Assembly: GCA_036526015.1 (NCBI GenBank)
Contig: DATCZH010000145.1
Location: forward strand, 1 to 45,214
DNA: 45,214 nt
Source of the DNA: Sulfuricaulis sp.
GTDB lineage: Bacteria; Pseudomonadota; Gammaproteobacteria; Acidiferrobacterales; Sulfurifustaceae
Reading direction: 5' to 3'
Part shown: positions 25,544-32,710 of the stretch, in pieces
Layout: each line of letters starts with the position of its first letter
Position numbering within the stretch: the first letter of the stretch is position 1
Translations under genes and position numbers: made by a program
Notes under the pieces: generated by a model
What the model was told of the DNA's origin: nothing
Databases searched by the model: none
Seen by the model: only the letters and a program-made list of their open reading frames with translations

Positions 25544-26770
25544 ATGATCACGCCGCGACTCGCCTGGCGCAATCTATGGCGGCATTCACGCCGGACCTGG
25601 CTCACTGCGTCTGCCATTGCCTTCGCCACCATGTTGCTGGTGTTCATGATCACCCTGCAGCTTGGCGCCTACGACATGATGATCGATACCAGCCTGCGGG
25701 TGTTCACCGGCCAGCTGCAGGTACAGCGCGCAGGCTACCACGCCAAGCCGCAAATGCGTGTCACGGTGCCCGAGGCCCAGGCGCTGGCGACGCGATTGCG
25801 TGCTGCCACGGGCCTCGACGGCGTGGCGGCGCGCGCCCAGGGTTTTGCGCTCGCTTCGACGGCCTCGCGCAGCTACGGTGTGCCGGTGATCGGTGTGGAG
25901 CCGGCCTTCGAGTCCCGGGTATCCACGCTGCCGCGTCTCATCAAACAGGGGCGCTACCTGTCCGGGGATCACGCCCAGGAGGCGGTGCTGGGCGTCGCGC
26001 TCGCGCGCAATCTCAAGCTCCAGGTCGGTGACGAGCTGACCCTGCTCGGCAGCGGCAAGGACGGCTCGATTGCCGCCACGATCGTGCCGGTGGTCGGCAT
26101 TTTCGACAGCGGCAACCCGCAGCTCGATCGTCATCTCGTAGAGCTGCCGCTTCGGACCTTTCAGGAAGTGTTTACCATGAGCGACGACGCCCACACGATC
26201 GTGGTCAGCGGACCGAGCCATGAAACCATTCCCCAGACCAAGGCCGTGGTGAGTGCGCAGCTTCCGCCCGGTTCCGGTCTCGTAGTGCTCGACTGGGAAC
26301 AGCTGATTCCGGGCCTGCGCCAGCTGATCCAAGCTGACATGGTGCAGAACTGGATTACTTACATCGCGCTGATTCTCATCGTGACGCTGAGCATCATGAA
26401 CACGTTCCTGATGAGCGTGCTGGAGCGCACGCGCGAATTCGGCATCATGCTGGCGCTCGGCAGCAGCCCGCTGCGCATCGGGATGACCGTGCTGCTCGAA
26501 TCGGTGTACCTGACCCTGCTGGGGCTCGGCATCGGCCTGCTGCTCGGCGGCGGTATCGCCGTGTACCTGCATTACGAGGGTTTTACCTTCCCCGGCATGA
26601 AGGAGATCTATGCCCAGTTCGGCCTGCCCGGTGTGATCCACCCCAAACTGTCGTTGGCCGGCTTCACCCTCGGGCCGGCGGTGATCTTCGTGTTTACCAT
26701 CCTCGCCGCGCTGTACCCGGCGCTGCGTATCCGCAAGCTGCATCCGGTGGAGGCGATCCATGCCGTCTGA
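25544..26770 (+). CDS. FtsX/LolC-E-like (type VII) ABC permease 1
   Basis: LAWRNLWRHSRRT, large periplasmic loop, SVLERTREFGIMLALG, YPALRIRKLHPVEAI. Confidence 0.88.
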   Translation: MITPRLAWRNLWRHSRRTWLTASAIAFATMLLVFMITLQLGAYDMMIDTSLRVFTGQLQVQRAGYHAKPQMRVTVPEAQALATRLRAATGLDGVAARAQGFALASTASRSYGVPVIGVEPAFESRVSTLPRLIKQGRYLSGDHAQEAVLGVALARNLKLQVGDELTLLGSGKDGSIAATIVPVVGIFDSGNPQLDRHLVELPLRTFQEVFTMSDDAHTIVVSGPSHETIPQTKAVVSAQLPPGSGLVVLDWEQLIPGLRQLIQADMVQNWITYIALILIVTLSIMNTFLMSVLERTREFGIMLALGSSPLRIGMTVLLESVYLTLLGLGIGLLLGGGIAVYLHYEGFTFPGMKEIYAQFGLPGVIHPKLSLAGFTLGPAVIFVFTILAALYPALRIRKLHPVEAIHAV

Positions 26771-27992
26771 ATGGCGCACGCCGCTGCTCCTGACCCTGGC
26801 CTGGCGCAATCTGTGGCGCCACACTCGCCGCACGCTCATGATCCTGTTCGCATTCGTGCTCGGCGTGTGGTCCATGATTGTCATTGCGGCGATCACCCGC
26901 GGCTCCATGGAGCAGCAGCTGGACAAATCCATCCTGAATCTCACCGGTCATATCCAGATCCACGTGGCGGCGTTCCGCGATGACCCGGTGATCGAGCATC
27001 GGTTCATCCCGCCACCGGCGCTGGAAACAGCGCTGACGGGCGAGAACATCACGGCCCGGGCACAACGCGTACGCGTTCCGGCCGTCATCTCCAGTGAGCG
27101 CGAGTCGGCTGGCGTGACCCTGGTCGGCATCGAACCACAGCGCGAACGAGGCCTGTCATTCATCGCCACCGCGGTTACCGATGGTCGCTTGCTGGAATCT
27201 CCCGACGATCAGGGCCTGCTGCTCGGGCGCAAACTGGCCGAGCGCCTGGAGACCGGTCTCGGCCGGCGCGTGGTGCTGATGAGCCAGGACGTGAACAATC
27301 GCGTCGCGGACCGCGGTTTCCGCGTGGTCGGGATCTTCGATACCCAGCCACGGCAGATGGAAGAGGCCTACGTATTCATCGGCCGCGCCACCGCTCAGAA
27401 AATGCTGAAGCTCGACGACCACATTACCGAAGTGGCGGTGATGACCGCCGATCGCGACCGGCTGGAGGAACCGCTCGCGCGCCTGCGCGCCACCGTGCCG
27501 GGACTCGGCGTCCAGCCGTGGACGGTGCTGGAACCGCTGCTGGTGCTGACGCGCAAGATTACCGACGTGATCCTGATTATCTGGTACGCCATTGTGTTCG
27601 CCGCCATGTCGTTCGGGCTGGTCAATACCTTGCTCATGGCGGTGTTCGAGCGCACGCGCGAATTCGGCCTGTTCCAGTCACTCGGTATGCCGCCGGCGCA
27701 TATCCTCGGCCAGGTGCTGGTGGAGTCGCTTATCCTGCTGGCGCTGGCGCTGGTTATCGGCAACCTCGTGGCCGCCGGCACGGTGTATGCGCTGCGCGAT
27801 GGTATCGACCTGACCAGCGTCGCCGCGGGAATGGAGTTGATGGGCGTTGCGCCGATCATCTACCCGGCCTGGTCGTCCGGTGACGTGGCCGCCGCGAACC
27901 TGCTGGTGTTCGTGCTGGGCCTGGCCGCCAGCCTGTACCCGGCGTGGCGCGCGGCGCGGCACGTGCCGGTGGAAGCGATCACGCGGGTGTGA
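26760..27992 (+). CDS. FtsX/LolC-E-like (type VII) ABC permease 2
   Basis: LAWRNLWRHTRRT, AVFERTREFGLFQSLG, YPAWRAARHVPVEAI; paralog of the preceding gene. Confidence 0.88.
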   Translation: MPSEWRTPLLLTLAWRNLWRHTRRTLMILFAFVLGVWSMIVIAAITRGSMEQQLDKSILNLTGHIQIHVAAFRDDPVIEHRFIPPPALETALTGENITARAQRVRVPAVISSERESAGVTLVGIEPQRERGLSFIATAVTDGRLLESPDDQGLLLGRKLAERLETGLGRRVVLMSQDVNNRVADRGFRVVGIFDTQPRQMEEAYVFIGRATAQKMLKLDDHITEVAVMTADRDRLEEPLARLRATVPGLGVQPWTVLEPLLVLTRKITDVILIIWYAIVFAAMSFGLVNTLLMAVFERTREFGLFQSLGMPPAHILGQVLVESLILLALALVIGNLVAAGTVYALRDGIDLTSVAAGMELMGVAPIIYPAWSSGDVAAANLLVFVLGLAASLYPAWRAARHVPVEAITRV

Positions 27993-27994
27993 CC

Positions 27995-28684
27995 ATGGAA
28001 CATACCGTCATCTGCCATAACGTCAGCAAGGTCTACCGCCAGGAGGCGGTCGCGGTCCAGGCGCTGACTGACATCAACCTCGATATCCCGCGGCTGGATT
28101 TCGTGTGTCTCTCCGGTCCTTCAGGCTCCGGCAAGAGCACGCTGCTCAATCTCATTGGCGGCCTCGACCGGCCCACGACCGGTGAGATCACTGTGGACGG
28201 CCAGCGCGTCGACCAGCTCGGCAAGAGCGAACTCGCCGCGCTGCGGCTGCACAAGATCGGCTTCGTGTTCCAGGCCTATAACCTGATTCCGGTGCTCACG
28301 GCGCGGGAGAACGTCGAATTCGTCATGCAATTGCAGGGCATGGAGGTGGCGGAGCGCGCCGCGAAGGCGCGCGAGATCCTGAAGGAGGTCGGACTCGACG
28401 GCCTCGAAGATCGCCGGCCGGGAGAGCTCTCCGGCGGGCAGCAGCAGCGCGTGGCCGTGGCGCGCGCCATCGTCTCGGAGCCGTCGCTGGTGCTGGCGGA
28501 CGAGCCAACCGCCAACCTCGATTCCAAAACCGCCGAGAATCTCATGCAACTACTGCGGCACATGAATCAGGAGCATGGCGTCACGTTTATTTTCTCCACG
28601 CACGATAAACTGGTGATGGATTTTTCGCGGCGGCTGATCACATTGCATGACGGGAGCATCGTGAATGATGTGCGGCGCGAGTAA
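27995..28684 (+). CDS. LolD/MacB-type ABC ATP-binding protein
   Basis: GPSGSGKST, IGFVFQAYNL, LSGGQQQRVAVARA, LADEPTANLD, STHD; ATG 27995. Confidence 0.92.
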   Translation: MEHTVICHNVSKVYRQEAVAVQALTDINLDIPRLDFVCLSGPSGSGKSTLLNLIGGLDRPTTGEITVDGQRVDQLGKSELAALRLHKIGFVFQAYNLIPVLTARENVEFVMQLQGMEVAERAAKAREILKEVGLDGLEDRRPGELSGGQQQRVAVARAIVSEPSLVLADEPTANLDSKTAENLMQLLRHMNQEHGVTFIFSTHDKLVMDFSRRLITLHDGSIVNDVRRE

Positions 28685-29960
28685 TGCCAGTCGCTTCCTA
28701 GTCCTGAGCTTTCTGGTCCCGGGTTTGAGCTGGTTTGTGCCGGTTTCGGGCGTTTGGGCGGAAGACGGGAAATTCGGCGGCCACGTGAAATACCAGTACA
28801 CTCATACCGACTACCGCGTGGACGATATCTTCGCGGTTTTCGGCGCTGATCCGGCGCATGACCAGGATCTCGATCTGCGCCTGAAGGCGGAGCGGCGCGA
28901 GGGCGCATGGGATTTTGCCGTGCATTACGAGTTGCTCGCGGTGCACGGCGATACCCTTGAAGCCCGCCGCCGTATCGCCGCATCGGGGTTTCCGCTGACC
29001 GGGCCGGCCAGTGGCCTGCCAGATGACCGCCGGCGGCTGTTCGATCTGACGCAGGTGACCACCGACCGGGGGCGCCAGGCGGCGGTGCACCGGCTCGACC
29101 GGCTTGCCATCGGCCTCGGCGATGCGCGCCAGACACTGCGCTTCGGGCGCCAGGCGGTGAGCTGGGGCAACGGCTTGGTGTTCCAGCCGCTCGATTTCGT
29201 CAATCCGTTTTCACCCATCGCCATCGACAAGGATTACAAAACCGGTGATGACATGTTTTATGGTCAGTGGCGGGTGGGTCACAGAGACGATGTGCAGGCG
29301 ATAGTGCTGCCGCGGCGCGATCCGGCCACACACCGCGTGGAGGGCAGCCAGAGCACCTATGCCGTTAAATTTCGCGCGCGTCTCTCAGGCACGGATTTCG
29401 ATCTTCTGGTCGCACGCCATTATAGCGAGAACCTGGCTGGTGTCGGGATGGTGAAAAGCATCGGTGGGGCGGTGTGGCGATTGGATGCGAGTGTCACCGA
29501 TCTGGAAAACGGCGGCAGGTTCAACTCGCTCGTCAGTAACATGGATTATTCGTGGACCTGGGCGGGCAAGAACGTGTATGGCTACATCGAGTATTTCCGC
29601 AACGGCGTGGGCGAAGCAAACCGTGCAGATTATGCGACGCCCAATATGGCGCTCACTGAGCGCATCGCCCGCGGCGAGCTGTTTACGCTGGCCCGCGATT
29701 ACGCCGCGTTTGGCCTGCAAGTCGAGCTGCACCCACTGTTCAACCTCCACAGCAACCTCATCGCGAACCTGAACGACGGCAGCAAATATTTTCAATTGCG
29801 CGGAATGTATGACTGGCTGCAGGATGTGCAGTTGATGGCCGGGCTGAATCTGCCTTTGGGCGAGCGCGGGACGGAATACGGAGGCGTGCCGGTGTCAGGG
29901 ATTTCGGCTTATGCCCGTACCGGGAAATTAATTTATGTAAGAGGCGCGTATTACTATTAA
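28665..29960 (+). CDS. Putative outer-membrane beta-barrel protein
   Basis: Signal peptide ending VWA-E, amphipathic beta-strands, LDR...GRQAVSWG.G.VFQP.D motif, C-terminal aromatic beta-signal IYVRGAYYY. Confidence 0.72.
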   Translation: MMCGASNASRFLVLSFLVPGLSWFVPVSGVWAEDGKFGGHVKYQYTHTDYRVDDIFAVFGADPAHDQDLDLRLKAERREGAWDFAVHYELLAVHGDTLEARRRIAASGFPLTGPASGLPDDRRRLFDLTQVTTDRGRQAAVHRLDRLAIGLGDARQTLRFGRQAVSWGNGLVFQPLDFVNPFSPIAIDKDYKTGDDMFYGQWRVGHRDDVQAIVLPRRDPATHRVEGSQSTYAVKFRARLSGTDFDLLVARHYSENLAGVGMVKSIGGAVWRLDASVTDLENGGRFNSLVSNMDYSWTWAGKNVYGYIEYFRNGVGEANRADYATPNMALTERIARGELFTLARDYAAFGLQVELHPLFNLHSNLIANLNDGSKYFQLRGMYDWLQDVQLMAGLNLPLGERGTEYGGVPVSGISAYARTGKLIYVRGAYYY

Positions 29961-30095
29961 TTATTGTTGTCATTTTCGCGAAAGGCGGAAATTCATATTT
30001 ATTTATGTCAACCCGCCTGCAGCGGTGTGTTCACTTGCGGTTTCCTGCATCGCAGGTAAGTGTTTTATTCTTGTCTGGCCAAGAAAAAGAAACCC

Positions 30096-30355
30096 AAGAG
30101 AAGGCCGCCCATAAGGCGCACTTCTCCTCACATCTGCGGCTTTGAGACCCGACGCCGTCCCAACGCGGTATCCCAACCGCGAGGGACTAACACCAATGTC
30201 GCGTTGGTGCCTCCTTCGGGGCGCATGCCCAAAGCCATGCGGTGCTCAAATGCACTATACGGTTTATGAATATACCAACCTTTCTCAGTACACCGCTTGA
30301 CTCCAAAGGCGAGAAACACAAACATGCTTGGAGTTGCATCACCAGGATCAGGCGG
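30096..30355. ncRNA. Candidate structured RNA or leader (unclassified)
   Basis: Seven mostly back-to-back stems found by eye, including a C(UUCG)G loop; no known Rfam family recognised. Confidence 0.35.
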
Positions 30356-30375
30356 AAACAGGAGAAATCATCTGA

Positions 30376-30726
30376 ATGGGCTACTACATCATAAAGATTG
30401 CAATCACCACGATATTGATTGTTCTGATCTCCGAGATCGCCAAACGTAGCTCCTTTGCCGGAGCAATCCTGGCATCGATTCCTTTGATATCCGTGCTTGC
30501 CATGATCTGGCTTTATATAGACACGAAGGATGTGTCCAAGGTTAGCGCCTTGTCATCCAGTGTCTTCTGGCTGGTCTTGCCTTCACTGATGCTGTTTATT
30601 GCCCTTCCCTTGCTTTTGAAGAATGGTTTCGATTTTTACGTCAGCATGATTGTATCTCTTGGCCTAACCGTGTTTTCGTATTGGCTTATGATCTTGGTGT
30701 TAGGTCACTTTGGAATAGAGTTATAG
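30376..30726 (+). CDS. Small 4-TM membrane protein (DUF3147-like)
   Basis: ISEIAKRS...GAILASIPL.S.LAMIWLY.DT...VFWLVLPSL; AGGAGA upstream. Confidence 0.75.
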   Translation: MGYYIIKIAITTILIVLISEIAKRSSFAGAILASIPLISVLAMIWLYIDTKDVSKVSALSSSVFWLVLPSLMLFIALPLLLKNGFDFYVSMIVSLGLTVFSYWLMILVLGHFGIEL

Positions 30727-30790
30727 GAAATTAGAGAAGTGGGATTAGCCCCCTTTTTTTGAATTATAAAAAGACATAAGCAATAGCCAT

Positions 30791-31174
30791 ATGCATTCTG
30801 CAAAACTATTTCTCATTCTCGGCAGCATCAATGCGGCACTTGTCGTCATGCTCGGAGCGTTTGGAGCGCATGGATTAAAGGCCCGGATAACGACGGAAAT
30901 GCTGACGCTATTCCAGACTGGTGTGCATTATCATTTATTTCATTCGCTGGGATTGCTGGTCGTCGGGGTCGTGGCGGCGCAAATAGTTGATTCGGTCTTT
31001 CTGAAATGGGCCGGGTGGTTGATGCTGGCGGGTATTTTTCTGTTTTCCGGGAGTCTTTATCTCGTGAGCGTAGTTGGTATACGCTGGATGGGAATGGTGA
31101 CGCCGTTCGGTGGTCTGGCGTTTATCGCGGCGTGGATTCTCTTTCTAATGGCCATCATCAAAGCGCCCGGATAA
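30791..31174 (+). CDS. DUF423/YgdD/TMEM256-family membrane protein
   Basis: LGAFGAHGL, TGVHYHLFH, GIFLFSGSLY, TPFGG..FI..W. Confidence 0.9.
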   Translation: MHSAKLFLILGSINAALVVMLGAFGAHGLKARITTEMLTLFQTGVHYHLFHSLGLLVVGVVAAQIVDSVFLKWAGWLMLAGIFLFSGSLYLVSVVGIRWMGMVTPFGGLAFIAAWILFLMAIIKAPG

Positions 31175-31179
31175 CTGAT

Positions 31180-31557
31180 ATGACTTCTTGGTTTATTCTG
31201 GCAATGGTTATGGCACTGGCATCCCTGCCAGTGAGGGCGGCAGTCGCGCCTGAAGGTCAGGCGCCAGGGCCTTCGATGCCCATCCCCGTAGAGAAATCGG
31301 GAAACTCGGACCACTCACCTCCCATCGTGGGTTCTCGCGGCCGGATGCTGTATGAAAACCACTGCACCCATTGCCACGTCAGCGTCGTGCACGTGCGCGA
31401 GAATCGTCGCGTCGTTTCGCTGAGGGTGCTGGAAGGTTGGGTTCGGCGCTGGTCGAGAGAGGAGAAGCTACCTTGGGGCGAGGAAGAGATTGCCGAAGTC
31501 GTGGACTACCTCAACCAACGTTTCTACAAATTCCTGCCGTCCGGCGGAAGAAAATAG
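31180..31557 (+). CDS. Small periplasmic monoheme cytochrome c, green-heme-protein-like
   Basis: Signal peptide (VRA-A), Pro-rich linker, GRMLYENHCTHCH, C-terminal W...I..VVDYLNQRFYKF; ATG 31180. Confidence 0.82.
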   Translation: MTSWFILAMVMALASLPVRAAVAPEGQAPGPSMPIPVEKSGNSDHSPPIVGSRGRMLYENHCTHCHVSVVHVRENRRVVSLRVLEGWVRRWSREEKLPWGEEEIAEVVDYLNQRFYKFLPSGGRK

Positions 31558-31589
31558 TTCAGCTCACGCTCCAAGTCACATCTCACGTC

Positions 31590-31940
31590 ATGGCACGGAT
31601 CAGTCGACAAGAGCACAGAGAGGACAGTGCCGATGAGGCTATCAACCGGGTGTTGGCTGCCGAACAGGAAGCGCTGAAAGGAGTCGCGCACGCCGAGCAA
31701 CAAGCCGTCGAGCTGATTGCCAAGGCTCGGTTGCACGCGCGGCATATCGAAGAGCGCGCCGATGCGCGTTCCAGCAAATTGCGTGTGCGGTGCCGTACCT
31801 GGGTGGAGAGGGAGGTCGCTGCACGGCGTTCCAAGGCGGAGCAGGTCCTTGCCTGCCCGGTTGAAGCCGATGATCGCCAGCAGAAGCTACGCGTGGCCAT
31901 TGCGCGGCTGGCAGTTGAACTGACCGGAGGCGACGAATGA
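31590..31940 (+). CDS. A/V-type ATPase peripheral stalk subunit G/H (putative)
   Basis: 116-aa Ala/Glu/Arg coiled coil (AINRVLAAEQEA...AEQQA..LIAKAR); first gene of the operon, ATGA overlap with next. Confidence 0.65.
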   Translation: MARISRQEHREDSADEAINRVLAAEQEALKGVAHAEQQAVELIAKARLHARHIEERADARSSKLRVRCRTWVEREVAARRSKAEQVLACPVEADDRQQKLRVAIARLAVELTGGDE

Positions 31941-32710
31941 TCGGTGCCTCCAATCTCGCTTACGCCCAAGCGCGTACCCAGGCACGCCACGGTACACTGG
32001 CGAATGAAACCACTTGGCGCATGCTGTCGGCCACGGCCGCGTTCCGCGGATTTCTCGAGCAGGCGCGCCGCACGGCGTTGCGCCCCTGGCTGCTCAACAT
32101 CAGCTCCATCTCAACCAAGCACGATATCGAGCAGTTGCTGCGAGACAACTTGCGCGGGCGTATCGCCGAGGTCGCTAGATGGGTCCCACCAGCGCTACGC
32201 CCCGCGGTGCACTGGACAGTGGCGCTGATCGAACTGCCGGCGCTCGATTATCTGCTACACGGCGGTGCGGCCCTGAGCTGGATGCGGGACGAACCGCGGC
32301 TGCGATCGATCGCTGCGGTTGAGCCGGGACAGCGCGCCGCTGTGCTGGCCCAGGGCGAACTTGCCGCAATAGCACGTGGAGATCAGGGTAATACCCTGAT
32401 TGAGCGCTGGCTGGTCGAATGGCGTCTGCGCTTACCGGCGCTGGCGCGCGGCGAGATGGTGCATCTCGAGCGACTGGCGAGGCTTGTCCTTACCGCGCTC
32501 GATGAGGCCGCGGCTCGCGCGCTCGAGCTCACGGTGCATGACTCTTCAGTGATCCGGCGCCGGCTGGAGAACGCGCTCACTTTCGAATTCCGTCGCCGTT
32601 TTCTCGAACCGGCGGCAATCTTTGCACATCTGTTGCTGGTGATACTGGAGTTCGCCGAGGTGCGCGGTGCACTCGTGAGCCGCGTGATTTTTGAGCCGGG
32701 GGTGCGCTGA
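31937..32710 (+). CDS. A/V-type ATPase subunit C-like (divergent)
   Basis: N-terminal AYAQAR..AR typical of subunit C/d, helical, translationally coupled to subunit I; assignment partly positional. Confidence 0.6.
   Translation: MIGASNLAYAQARTQARHGTLANETTWRMLSATAAFRGFLEQARRTALRPWLLNISSISTKHDIEQLLRDNLRGRIAEVARWVPPALRPAVHWTVALIELPALDYLLHGGAALSWMRDEPRLRSIAAVEPGQRAAVLAQGELAAIARGDQGNTLIERWLVEWRLRLPALARGEMVHLERLARLVLTALDEAAARALELTVHDSSVIRRRLENALTFEFRRRFLEPAAIFAHLLLVILEFAEVRGALVSRVIFEPGVR

Noticed and set aside
25586-26944. 452-aa antisense ORF, and similar shadow ORFs over hisD, the protease and the ATPase genes
   Set aside because: Lie wholly opposite well-supported genes, with non-protein-like composition
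30205-30355. Minus-strand resemblance to SRP RNA or glycine riboswitch (CCCGAAGGAGGCA) and to TPP riboswitch (CCTGATCCTGGTGATGC)
   Set aside because: Required partner elements are missing (SRP CAGG internal loop and long stem; glycine GGAGA/CTCAGG; TPP GCUGAGA arm and closing stem)
30740-30760. Terminator after the DUF3147-like gene (T7 run)
   Set aside because: Stem is only about 3 bp (GGG/CCC); too weak to call
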